64,000 bases of DNA, from the NCBI GenBank assembly GCA_041744795.1, contig JBGTKD010000192.1, forward strand, positions 13,628 through 77,627, written 5' to 3'. The stretch's first letter is position 1. Each line of letters begins with the position of its first letter. Shown piece after piece: positions 19,205 through 28,230 of the stretch. Origin of the DNA: Acidimicrobiia bacterium (lineage in GTDB: Bacteria; Actinomycetota; Acidimicrobiia; Spongiisociales; ZC4RG35). Below the pieces are notes generated by a model. It saw nothing but the letters and a program-made list of their open reading frames with translations, had not been told where the DNA came from and ran no database searches. The position numbers and the translations under genes are program-made.

Positions 19205-20502
19205 GGGATAAGTCGCGCAGCCCGCTGATCGAGCTCTCGGATGGCCTCGTCGGTGTCGATCGTCGTCACTTTGGCGTCGTCGACGACCTGTCGTCCCGCC
19301 ACCCAGACCGAGCGGACTGCGCTCGGCGAACCTGACCAGACCACCCTCGACACCGGATCATCTTCGTCCTGGATCACCGGATGGAAGCTCCCCACATCGG
19401 CCAGCGCCACCATGTCTGCCTGCGCCCCCGCCGTCAGTCGCCCGAGGTCGGGACGACCGATGGCTTCGCCGGCTCCGCCGGTAGTCATCCACAGAGCTCG
19501 CGAAGTTGGAAAACATTGGGCGTCCTGATGACGCAGGCGCGCCAGGCGAATGGCGGTGCGCATCTCCTCGAACAAATCGAGGCGATGATGGGAGGCAGGT
19601 CCGTCTGTTGCGATCCCGATCTTGATCCCCGCCGCTCTCATCTCTTCGACCCGGGCGATCCCGGAGGCATGCTTGGAATTCGAGCATGGACAGTGGGCCA
19701 CAGACACTCGATTCTGGCCGAAGACGGCAATGTCATCATCCGTCAGCCACACGCCGTGGGCAGCCAGAGCTCGGCCCTCGAGCAAGCCGAGGGACTCGAG
19801 GTATGCGGGAGCAGACATTCCTGTCTTCTCCCGGACAGCAGCGTCCTCCCATTCCTGTTCGGCGACATGGATATGAACGAGCATGTCCGCCTCATTGGCG
19901 ACCTCGGCCAGCCTGCTCAGGCATTTGTCGCTGACCGACCAGGCAGCGTGAGGACCCAAACCGATTTCTACGAGGGCGTTCGAAGACCAGCGCTCGCGCA
20001 TGGCCAGCATTTCTTCGACTTGCTCCTGCCAGTGCCCGAAGGCAGAGAGCGCGGGGTCTTCGATGATCGGTGCGGTGACGACGGTGCGTAGCCCTGTTTC
20101 CGAAGCACCCTCGGCGACGGCTTGGCCGTGAAAGTACATTTCGACGGTTGTCGTGATGCCATTGCCCAGGAGCTCGATTGCTCCGGCTCGCATGCCAGCT
20201 CGTACATCGTCAGGGGTGAGTTTTGCTTCGCGAGGCCACATGACTTCGTGCAACCAGCGATCAACAGGTAGGCCTTCGCCCGCGCCTCGTAACAGAACCA
20301 TCGGTGTGTGGCAGTGGATGTTGACCATGCCGGGCATCAGCAACCCGTCGATATGGTGGACGGTTGCTCGGGTGTCCGGCGCGTCGCTCAGTGGTCCGGA
20401 CCATACGACGGTGCCCTCATCGACGTCGACGGCTCCTTGAAAGATTGGCTCGGCATCCTCGTCGGCCATCGTGAGAAGGACATCGGCGACGAAGCGATCC
20501 AC
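19201..20502 (-). CDS. amidohydrolase, MTA/SAH (or nucleobase) deaminase-like
   Basis: 433 aa. Metal-binding HxH (NIHCHTPM), with downstream H and D (TDGPASHH...D) as in the ATZ/TRZ–MtaD–guanine deaminase family. Specificity is not determinable from sequence. Confidence 0.75.
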   Translation of the reverse strand: MDRFVADVLLTMADEDAEPIFQGAVDVDEGTVVWSGPLSDAPDTRATVHHIDGLLMPGMVNIHCHTPMVLLRGAGEGLPVDRWLHEVMWPREAKLTPDDVRAGMRAGAIELLGNGITTTVEMYFHGQAVAEGASETGLRTVVTAPIIEDPALSAFGHWQEQVEEMLAMRERWSSNALVEIGLGPHAAWSVSDKCLSRLAEVANEADMLVHIHVAEQEWEDAAVREKTGMSAPAYLESLGLLEGRALAAHGVWLTDDDIAVFGQNRVSVAHCPCSNSKHASGIARVEEMRAAGIKIGIATDGPASHHRLDLFEEMRTAIRLARLRHQDAQCFPTSRALWMTTGGAGEAIGRPDLGRLTAGAQADMVALADVGSFHPVIQDEDDPVSRVVWSGSPSAVRSVWVAGRQVVDDAKVTTIDTDEAIRELDQRAARLIP

Positions 20503-20566
20503 TTGCGAACCTCCGGGTTGTCAGACAAGCTACTGGTAGCATGATTGGGCTGTCAATCGAGGACAC

Positions 20567-21295
20567 ATGACTGTCGAGTCACTGGGATCTGGCCCCACGT
20601 TGTCGGCCAGGATCGCCGCCGACCTTCGGCTTCGAATTGAATCCGGGGAGTGGACGCCTGGTGAGAAGATGCCGGGCGAACACGACCTGTCCGCTTTCTA
20701 TCAGGTTTCGAGGGCGACCGTCAGAACGGCCCTGCAGGATCTCGAGAGCCGAGGGCTCACAGTGACGAGGCATGGACTCGGCACCCTCGTTACCGCCCAG
20801 GGAGGATCGCGACAGGCGGACCTGCGACGTCTCGAGTCGATGACGGACACGATCGCCCGACAGGGCCGCTTGCCGGGAATGGTCTACCGGTCGATCGCGC
20901 TGCGTGCTGCAACCGAGGTCGAGATTTCCAAGCTGGCAGTAGGCCCCGGCGCGGAAGTACTAGCGACGGAGAGGTCCCTCACAGCAGATAGCGAGACAGT
21001 GGCATTCTCTTACGATGTCATTCCCCGGGCAGTCTTTCCTGCCGAGTTCGACCCAAGCGAGGTCTCGGGCTCGTTGTTTGCCCTGCTCGAACGCCACGGG
21101 GTGCGAGCCGTCGTGGCGCTCACCGAGATCCATGCCACGCACGGAGAGCACATCGGATGGGGCGACCGGCCAGCCAACGCCTCTTATCTTCTCCTGGACC
21201 AGGTCCACTCGGACTCTCGCGGGGTCCCGGTCGCCTTGGCCAGTACCTACTTCATTGAAGGTCGGTTTCCGTTTGGATTGGTGCGGCACCGCTGA
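20567..21295 (+). CDS. GntR/HutC-family transcriptional regulator (wHTH + UTRA effector domain)
   Basis: N-terminal GEKMPGEHDLSAFYQVSRATVRTALQDLESRGL HTH and a C-terminal UTRA-like domain. It is divergent from the amidohydrolase. Confidence 0.85.
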   Translation: MTVESLGSGPTLSARIAADLRLRIESGEWTPGEKMPGEHDLSAFYQVSRATVRTALQDLESRGLTVTRHGLGTLVTAQGGSRQADLRRLESMTDTIARQGRLPGMVYRSIALRAATEVEISKLAVGPGAEVLATERSLTADSETVAFSYDVIPRAVFPAEFDPSEVSGSLFALLERHGVRAVVALTEIHATHGEHIGWGDRPANASYLLLDQVHSDSRGVPVALASTYFIEGRFPFGLVRHR

Positions 21296-21383
21296 CCGGT
21301 TGCGTATGGATTCTGTTGACGACATACCGCTCCCTCACCTAGCCTCGGATCCGAGCTTGTCTGACAACCCGGAAGGCCTGGAA

Positions 21384-22445
21384 ATGGATCGACTCGGCGA
21401 CCGATCGCTCGACTGGATCGATGATGCCGTTGTGCTGGTCGATCAGACTCGGTTGCCGGGAACCTTCGAGACGCTTCGCATCGAGGACGTACCTTCAATG
21501 GTCGCCGCGATCCGCAGGCTGTCGGTGCGGGGTGCTCCCGCGATCGGGGTGGCGGGCGCTTTCGGTGTCGCTCTCGCCTTTCGTCAGTATGGCGATACCG
21601 GTGACGAGTTCGAAACGGCAGTGGCTTCCTTGCGCGACGCTCGACCGACTGCCGTCAACTTGGCTCGGATGGTTGACCGTTGCGCCGCAGTCGCCCCTGA
21701 AGGATTTGACCGAGTCCTCGCGGAGGCATGCGCGATACGAGACGAGGAGCTGGCGGCGTCCATCGCGATGGGCGAATTGGGTGCCGATCTCGTGGAAGAG
21801 ATGTCGGACGAGATCCCGACCACGGTGATGACGATCTGTAACACAGGTGGGCTCGCCACCGTCGAGCGCGGCACAGCCCTGGCCGTAATCCAGACACTTC
21901 ATGAGCGCGGCGAGCTGCGGGAGGCACTTGCCCTGGAGACGCGCCCGTTGCTTCAGGGGGCTCGCCTTACGACCTGGGAGCTCGCCAGGATGGGCGCACC
22001 GCACCGCTTGGTGGTCGATTCGGCAGGGCCCTTCCTCCTCGCCCGGGGAGCGGCCCAAGTCGTTCTCACGGGAGCGGACCGCATTGCTGCAAACGGCGAC
22101 ACCGCAAACAAGATCGGCACCTACGCCTTAGCTCTGGGCGCGGCCCGCGCCGGAGTGCCGTTCATAGTCGTAGCTCCTGAGACCACGGTCGACATGGCGA
22201 CCAGCCACGGGAGTGACATCGAAATCGAAGATCGGGGTGCGTCTGAGGTCGTCTCGATCGCCGGAGTCGCAATCGCGCCTTCGGGCACATCTGCTGTGAA
22301 CCCGGCTTTCGATGTGACACCCGCCGACTTGATCACGGCCATCGTGACCGACCGGCGCGTTATCAGGCTTGACAAGGGAGATACCCCCGAGACGGTGCCA
22401 CTCGGTTCGCTGGCAGGAATGTATAGGAAAGAGAGGAAGAGCTGA
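21384..22445 (+). CDS. mtnA: S-methyl-5-thioribose-1-phosphate isomerase (eIF2B-like sugar-phosphate isomerase)
   Basis: LVDQTRLP N-terminus, GAPAIGVAGAFG, CNTGGLAT, and GADRIAANGDTANKIGTY motifs. GGAAGG RBS before ATG 21384. 353 aa. Confidence 0.85.
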   Translation: MDRLGDRSLDWIDDAVVLVDQTRLPGTFETLRIEDVPSMVAAIRRLSVRGAPAIGVAGAFGVALAFRQYGDTGDEFETAVASLRDARPTAVNLARMVDRCAAVAPEGFDRVLAEACAIRDEELAASIAMGELGADLVEEMSDEIPTTVMTICNTGGLATVERGTALAVIQTLHERGELREALALETRPLLQGARLTTWELARMGAPHRLVVDSAGPFLLARGAAQVVLTGADRIAANGDTANKIGTYALALGAARAGVPFIVVAPETTVDMATSHGSDIEIEDRGASEVVSIAGVAIAPSGTSAVNPAFDVTPADLITAIVTDRRVIRLDKGDTPETVPLGSLAGMYRKERKS

Positions 22446-23470
22446 TGAAACGAAATCTTCGATGGAGCGTGCCACTGCTGGCGCTGGCGATGGTCCTGGC
22501 GGCCTGCGGAGGTTCGGATGACGTAGTCGACGAGCCCGATGGGCCTACCTTTATTTACGTCACGCCTAACCCGATCGGTGTGAACAAGTTTCTCGAACTT
22601 GGCCAGGTCGGCACTCAGCGTGCTGCGGAGAAGCTCGGTGGTACCTGGAGGACTTTCGAGTCGACCGATGACTCCAGCCGACGGGCGAACATCGAAGCAG
22701 CCGTCGACGCCGCCCCCGACGTGATTGTCCTCACAACCTTCACTCTGGTCGAGCTGGCCGACGAGTTCTCGAAAGCCAACCCCGACCAGGAGTTCATCCT
22801 GATCGACACTTGCCCGGAGGCGCCCGCCCCCAACTTGCACTGTGGAGTGTTCAGGGAGCAGGAAGGTGCGTATCTGCTGGGGATCATGGCCGGGCATCTG
22901 AGCGAGTCGAAGCAGGTTGGTTCGGTAGGCGCTCTCGACATCCCGTTCCTGCATCGTTACACGGATAGCTTTGCTCTCGGTGCCCAGTCGGTGGATCCTT
23001 CGATCACCGACACCCAAGTGTGGATCGGTGGTGACAATCCGTTCTCCGATCCGGCGCGGGCAAAGGAACAGGCTCTGGCTGTCGCGGCTCAGGGTTCGGA
23101 TCACATATTCGCGGTCGGAGCCGGATCGAACGGCGGGATCTTCGAGGCCGCTGTCCAACAGGGATTCTTCAGCTACGGCGTAGACGTGAATCAGTGCCCG
23201 GATGCACCCGGCAGCATTGTCGATAGCAACATGAAGCTGGTGGATGTGCTCGTCGAACAGCTCATCGACCAGATCCTGGCGGGAACGGCCGGATCTGTGG
23301 TCTCCTTCGGCTTGGCCGAGGGTGGAACCGGGGTCATGGCACTGTCCGACGATCTGGCTGGCAGCCAGTGTGTGATCGCCGAGCATCCTGACGTGGTGGA
23401 GGCGGTTAAGGCAGCAGCCCAGGGAATTATCGATGGGTCCATCGTTGTTCCTGACCCACTGTTCGGCTGA
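22445..23470 (+). CDS. BMP-family (PnrA/Med-like) ABC substrate-binding lipoprotein, probable nucleoside binder
   Basis: Signal plus lipobox (LAACGG) and a periplasmic-binding fold typical of basic membrane protein family nucleoside receptors. Confidence 0.8.
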   Translation: MKRNLRWSVPLLALAMVLAACGGSDDVVDEPDGPTFIYVTPNPIGVNKFLELGQVGTQRAAEKLGGTWRTFESTDDSSRRANIEAAVDAAPDVIVLTTFTLVELADEFSKANPDQEFILIDTCPEAPAPNLHCGVFREQEGAYLLGIMAGHLSESKQVGSVGALDIPFLHRYTDSFALGAQSVDPSITDTQVWIGGDNPFSDPARAKEQALAVAAQGSDHIFAVGAGSNGGIFEAAVQQGFFSYGVDVNQCPDAPGSIVDSNMKLVDVLVEQLIDQILAGTAGSVVSFGLAEGGTGVMALSDDLAGSQCVIAEHPDVVEAVKAAAQGIIDGSIVVPDPLFG

Positions 23471-23479
23471 ACACACCGG

Positions 23480-25003
23480 ATGACAATCGAGCTGGAACTC
23501 CGCGGCGTCACCAAGCGGTTCCCCGGCGTCGTCGCCAACGACGCCGTAGACCTCACGGTGCGCGCCGGGGAGGTCCACGCCGTCGTTGGCGAGAACGGGG
23601 CAGGCAAGACCACACTGATGTCGATCCTTTACGGGTTGTTTCCCCCGGATGAGGGCGCGATCCTCATCCGGGGCGAACCCGTTAACTTCTCGTCTGCGCT
23701 CGATGCGATCAATGCCGGGCTAGGCATGGTCCACCAGGCGTTCAAGCTCTTCCCCACCCTCACAGTCGCAGAGAATGTGGTGTTCCGCTCCGAGCCGACC
23801 CGGAGAGGGATGATCGACAGGGCGGCCAGTGTGGCCCGAGTGCGGGAGTTGGCCGAGAGGTATGGACTGGCTGTGGACCCCATAGCCACAGTCGAGAGCC
23901 TCCCTGTCGGAGTGCTACAGCGGGTCGAGATCCTCAAAGCGCTCTACCGCGACGCCCAGATCTTGATCCTCGACGAACCGACCGCGGTCCTCACCCCTCA
24001 AGAGCGGGACATGCTCTTCGACATCATCCACCGACTCAAGGATTCGGGCCGCACGATCCTATTCATCACCCACAAGCTGGGTGAGGTGATGGCTGTCTCG
24101 GACCGAGTCACCGTCTTGCGTAACGGCCGGTCTGTCGCCGAGCTCGTTACCGACCAGACGACACCTGCGGAGATCACGCGTCACATGGTCGGTCGGGACC
24201 TCGACCTGACAAAGAGAGCGTTGCCTCATTCCGCTGGAGCTGTCGTTCTATCCGTTGAGGAGTTGGCCGCGATCGGTGAACACGATCGGGTGGTGGTCGA
24301 GGATGTGACCTTTGTCGTGCGTTCCGGCGAGATAGTCGGAGTGGCCGGTGTGGCGGGCAACGGTCAATCGGAGATGATCGAGGCTGTGACGGGTTTGCGG
24401 CCGGTTGAGAGTGGCTCTATCCATCTCGACGGTGTCGACATCACAGAGGCAGATGTGGCTTCGCGGCGGCGCCGGGGGCTGGCGTACATCCCCGAGGACC
24501 GTCATGGCGTGGGGACGACCCACCATGGGACAGTGTCAGAGAACCTTCTGCTCGGTCATCATCGCGAGGAAGGCATCGAGCGCCGAGGTTGGTTTGCTCT
24601 GGACGAAATCCAGCGCCGAGCCGAGAGCCTTATCGAACGTTTCGGGATAAAGACCCCCTCGGTGTCTACCCGGGTGTCGACGCTCTCCGGAGGAAACCTC
24701 CAGAAGCTCGTTGTCGCGAGGGAACTCGCCTACGACGCCCCGCTGTTGATCGCGGAACAGCCAACCCGCGGGGTCGACATCGGGGCGATCCAGTTCATCC
24801 ATCGCCAACTGCTCGACTACCGGGACGCGGGAGGGGCCGTTTTGATGGTTTCTGCCGAACTCTCCGAGATCCTGGCGCTCAGCACACGAATACTGGTCAT
24901 GTTCGAGGGCCGGATTGTCGCCGAACTCGACCCTGCTGCGGTCGACGAACCACAGATCGGCCGTTACATGACAGGATCGCACTTGGACGCCGCCCGTGCG
25001 TGA
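23480..25003 (+). CDS. ABC transporter ATP-binding protein with two nucleotide-binding domains
   Basis: Two Walker A motifs (GENGAGKTT; GVAGNGQSE) and two LSGG signatures; 507 aa. Confidence 0.9.
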   Translation: MTIELELRGVTKRFPGVVANDAVDLTVRAGEVHAVVGENGAGKTTLMSILYGLFPPDEGAILIRGEPVNFSSALDAINAGLGMVHQAFKLFPTLTVAENVVFRSEPTRRGMIDRAASVARVRELAERYGLAVDPIATVESLPVGVLQRVEILKALYRDAQILILDEPTAVLTPQERDMLFDIIHRLKDSGRTILFITHKLGEVMAVSDRVTVLRNGRSVAELVTDQTTPAEITRHMVGRDLDLTKRALPHSAGAVVLSVEELAAIGEHDRVVVEDVTFVVRSGEIVGVAGVAGNGQSEMIEAVTGLRPVESGSIHLDGVDITEADVASRRRRGLAYIPEDRHGVGTTHHGTVSENLLLGHHREEGIERRGWFALDEIQRRAESLIERFGIKTPSVSTRVSTLSGGNLQKLVVARELAYDAPLLIAEQPTRGVDIGAIQFIHRQLLDYRDAGGAVLMVSAELSEILALSTRILVMFEGRIVAELDPAAVDEPQIGRYMTGSHLDAARA

Positions 25004-26102
25004 GTTGGTCGACCGCCGGCGCCTCGGCGGTTGGGCGCGCAGGGTGGCCGTCAGCCCTGTGACTTTCTCGATTGTGCTCGCGTTCGGGGTGGGGGCCGCC
25101 ATCGTCGCTCTCACCGGCCAGGACCCGTTCGTCGCGTATCGGGAGATGTTCGTTGGGGCGGTCAGCGGGTCAGGGTTGCGCAACACTCTCGCCCGGTCGA
25201 TCCCCATCATCGGAATGGCACTGGCGGTCTCGGTCGCCTTCCGTGCCGGAGTCATCAACCTGGGTGGCGAGGGTCAGATGGTTGTGGGCGGTTTGGCCGG
25301 GACGGTGGTGGCGATATACACCCCGGGTCCCGGCGCGTTTGTCATTCCGCTTGCGCTCTTGGCTGGAGCGGCGGCGGGTGCGGCTTGGGCGCTCTTGCCC
25401 GCCTTCGGACAGACCAAGCTCGCCCTTCCGATTCTGATCACGAGCCTGCTCCTGAACTACGTGGGTAGGGCGATCACCGGATACATGGTGCGGTTCCCGC
25501 TGGCAGACGTTTCGGTGACTCTGGCCACGACGAGGCAGGTTCCCGAGACGGCCAGGATGCCGAAGATGCCCGTTTTCGGGGGTGTGAGCCTGTCGCTTGT
25601 TCTCGTCGTGGTCCTTGTCGTGGCCCTGGGTGTCGTGTATTCGCGAAGTGTCGTCGGATACGAGACTCGGATGGCCGGTTACAGCGGTCGTTTCGCCCGC
25701 TACGGCGGCGTGGCGGTTGAGCGCCAGACGCTCGGCGTGATGGCGGTCGCCGGAGCGATCGGCGGTGTGATCGGCACCCATCTCATAATCGGTGACGCGT
25801 TGCGGTTCATCGAAGGTGAACTCGTCCTCAGTGGCTTGGCCTGGACTGGTCTTCTCGTTTCGCTTCTGGCGGCGAATCGGCCCGTCTTCATCCTCTTGGC
25901 CGGCCTCTTGTTCTCGGGGCTGCAGATCGGTGGCCTCGCCATGCAGAGGAATGCTGACATTTCCTGGAGGCTCGCCCAGGTGCTCCAGGCTCTCGTCATC
26001 ATTGCGGTTGCCAGTCGCCTCAGCCTTCGCAGGCGCGCCAAACGCAAGGATGTTGCGGTGGAAGAGGTGACGGCCGAACCGGCTCGGGTGGGTGAGATCT
26101 GA
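24996..26102 (+). CDS. ABC transporter permease (BPD inner-membrane component)
   Basis: Polytopic hydrophobic protein. It overlaps the ATPase stop. Type matches the BMP/sugar systems. Confidence 0.8.
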   Translation: MRELVDRRRLGGWARRVAVSPVTFSIVLAFGVGAAIVALTGQDPFVAYREMFVGAVSGSGLRNTLARSIPIIGMALAVSVAFRAGVINLGGEGQMVVGGLAGTVVAIYTPGPGAFVIPLALLAGAAAGAAWALLPAFGQTKLALPILITSLLLNYVGRAITGYMVRFPLADVSVTLATTRQVPETARMPKMPVFGGVSLSLVLVVVLVVALGVVYSRSVVGYETRMAGYSGRFARYGGVAVERQTLGVMAVAGAIGGVIGTHLIIGDALRFIEGELVLSGLAWTGLLVSLLAANRPVFILLAGLLFSGLQIGGLAMQRNADISWRLAQVLQALVIIAVASRLSLRRRAKRKDVAVEEVTAEPARVGEI

Positions 26103-27022
26103 TGTTTGAACAGCTTTTCGACTCCGCCCTGCTCGACTCGGCGGTCCGCGCCATGATCCCGATCCTTCTCGCCGCACTGGGTGGGATGATCTGTGAGAGG
26201 GCGGGCGTGTTCCAGATCTCGCTCGAGGGAATGATGGTGGCTGGGGCATTTGCCGCCGTCGCCGGGTCCTACTTTGCGCAGAGTTCCTCTATGGGAATCG
26301 TTTTCGCGATCGGCGCGGGTGTGGCGGTGTCGCTGATCCTTGCCTACGGCGCGGTTACGCGAAGAGGCGATCCGATCGTTCTCGGCATTGCCATCAACCT
26401 TTTCGCGTTCGGGATCACCGGGTTTCTCCTGCCTCAGATCTTTGGCGTCCGCGGGGTGTTTCAACATCCCCGCATCGACGGTCTTGATCGCATTCCCATC
26501 CCGTTCCTCTCCGACATTCCGGTCGTGGGACCGGTGTTGTTCTCGAACACCGCCACCGCCTACCTCGCTTTTCTCCTCGTGCCGGGACTGTGGTTCTTCC
26601 TCTTTCGGACTCCGATTGGCTTGCGGCTGCGCGGGGTGGGCGAACGTCCGGCGGCGGCCGAGACACTCGGTGTCTCCGCCACCCAGTACAAGTACATGGC
26701 AGTGATCGCCTCCGGGGTTCTCTCGGGTCTCGCCGGCGCTCAACTGGCGCTGGGCAATGTCGTCCAGTTCGCCGAGAATATGTCCAGTGGCCGTGGCTGG
26801 GTTGCGGTTGTGGCCGTCATGTTGGGTCGGGCTCACCCGGTCGGTGTACTGGGAGCGAGTCTGCTGTTTGCCTTCGCTGAAGCACTCGGTTTCCGGTTCC
26901 AGGGCAACGGCCTACCTGTTCAGATCACCGACGCTCTGCCGTTCGTAGTGACGCTGCTTGCGCTGGTCATCGCGCGCAAGAGGTTCTCGCGCCTCCTCGA
27001 CCTCACCACCGCCTCCACCTAG
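26102..27022 (+). CDS. ABC transporter permease (second subunit)
   Basis: Polytopic protein. Translationally coupled (ATGA overlap). Confidence 0.8.
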   Translation: MFEQLFDSALLDSAVRAMIPILLAALGGMICERAGVFQISLEGMMVAGAFAAVAGSYFAQSSSMGIVFAIGAGVAVSLILAYGAVTRRGDPIVLGIAINLFAFGITGFLLPQIFGVRGVFQHPRIDGLDRIPIPFLSDIPVVGPVLFSNTATAYLAFLLVPGLWFFLFRTPIGLRLRGVGERPAAAETLGVSATQYKYMAVIASGVLSGLAGAQLALGNVVQFAENMSSGRGWVAVVAVMLGRAHPVGVLGASLLFAFAEALGFRFQGNGLPVQITDALPFVVTLLALVIARKRFSRLLDLTTAST

Positions 27023-27036
27023 CCAGCCACAGCCAT

Positions 27037-27090
27037 CCCCGTTTTTTGGCGCATCAACGTCGCGAAAATGACGCGTTCTGCGGTAGAGAA
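27037..27090. repeat. copy B of the ~50-nt intergenic repeat family
   Basis: Best match to copy A. It lies in the convergent gap between the permease stop (27022) and the DDAH-like stop (27097). Confidence 0.8.
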
Positions 27091-27096
27091 CGCGTG

Positions 27097-27852
27097 TCAG
27101 GACCGGATTCGGACCGACAGACAGGTGACGCACCCTTCCAGTTTCTGGAACTCAGAGACGTCGACGGTTGCCACGTCGTACCCGCGGGCTTCGATCAGTG
27201 CCACCGACCCTGGACAGTCGTCGGCCATCAGTACTCGCCCGTCGCCAAGGTCTACGACAGCCGAACCAGACTCCTCGGGAACGCCGAGAAAGTTCTCGAA
27301 CATCGTTGGATTGTCGACGAGCGGCTCGTGTCCGATAACGGTGCCGTCCGGCAGGGCGGTAACCGCCGACTTCAAATGGAGGACCTTGGTCACCGGAACG
27401 GCCACCACGTTGCGGTCAGGGAGAAGGGCGGCGAGTTGATCGATCCCAGCCTGGTTGGTGCGATCTGACAAACCCACGTAGACGGTGGAACCGACTTTGA
27501 GCACGTCGCCTCCATCAAGTGTGGCTGGCGCGGCGATGTGGGCGACGCGACTGACGTGGCCGGCGATCGCCCGCTCTGCACCGTCGGTCTCGGGTCTGCG
27601 TTGCTCGGCTCCTGGCCGGGTGATGACCGCCAAGTCACCAAAGACGACAACGGCATCTTCGATGAAGACCGCATCAGGCCAGTCGTCGGAGGTCTCGACC
27701 TCCTCGACCCGCCACCCGGTGGTTCTGAGCACCTCGACATAACCGAGCCACTGCTCCACAGCCAGCGGGTAGTCGACCGCGCTTCGTTCGATATGAGTCA
27801 CCAACCCTTGAGTAAGCAACGGCCCCGGCCGTCGCACTAGCGCGATTGTCAT
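27097..27852 (-). CDS. dimethylarginine dimethylaminohydrolase / amidinotransferase-superfamily hydrolase
   Basis: 251 aa. The C-terminal catalytic Cys context LEGCVTCLSVR and the overall pentein-fold pattern indicate the DDAH family. Confidence 0.7.
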   Translation of the reverse strand: MTIALVRRPGPLLTQGLVTHIERSAVDYPLAVEQWLGYVEVLRTTGWRVEEVETSDDWPDAVFIEDAVVVFGDLAVITRPGAEQRRPETDGAERAIAGHVSRVAHIAAPATLDGGDVLKVGSTVYVGLSDRTNQAGIDQLAALLPDRNVVAVPVTKVLHLKSAVTALPDGTVIGHEPLVDNPTMFENFLGVPEESGSAVVDLGDGRVLMADDCPGSVALIEARGYDVATVDVSEFQKLEGCVTCLSVRIRS

Positions 27853-27854
27853 GA

Positions 27855-27908
27855 CCGCTTTTTAGCGCATCAACGTCGCAAGAATGACGCGTTCTGCGGT
27901 AGAGAAGT
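27855..27908. repeat. copy C of the ~50-nt intergenic repeat family
   Basis: The most divergent copy (TTTTTAGCGCATCAACGTCGCAAGAATGACGCGTTCTGCGGTAGAGAA). It abuts the DDAH-like start codon and precedes the BrnT-like gene. Confidence 0.75.
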
Positions 27909-27959
27909 GATCCGGGGCGCGACGGAACCCGCAGGGCGTCACCTCTGCAATCGTCAACA

Positions 27960-28230
27960 AGTGTTGACGATTGCCCACTTCTTGGCGTATCGTTGGAATG
28001 TGGACATCGAGGCGAGTGCGCGCAAACACGGTGTCCCGGACGAAGACATGGTGCATGCGTTGCGACATCATTGGCGAGCATTCGAGACCGGCGACCCGGC
28101 GGTGGTGATGTTCATTGGTCCGTCGTCCACCGGCGAACCTTTGGAGATCGGTGTCGTCACGGATGCGGATGGAACGGCGATCATCCACGCCATGAAGGCC
28201 CGAGATAAGTTCCTGAGAGGTTGGAAGTGA
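27960..28230 (+). CDS. BrnT-like (DUF497) putative toxin
   Basis: YRWNVDIEASARKHGVPDEDMVHAL resembles the BrnT N-terminal WDxxKxxxNxxKHGVxFEEA motif, and AIIHAMKARDKF resembles RIISARKA. I recalled these motifs from memory and did not run a profile search. Possible GTG/TTG starts at 27960-27981. Confidence 0.45.

Noticed and set aside
25170-26836. Two long minus-strand ORFs (359 and 378 aa) opposite the ABC permease genes
   Set aside because: Extreme Arg/His/Pro bias and no motifs. They lie antisense to conserved permeases, which is the expected artefact at ~70% GC.
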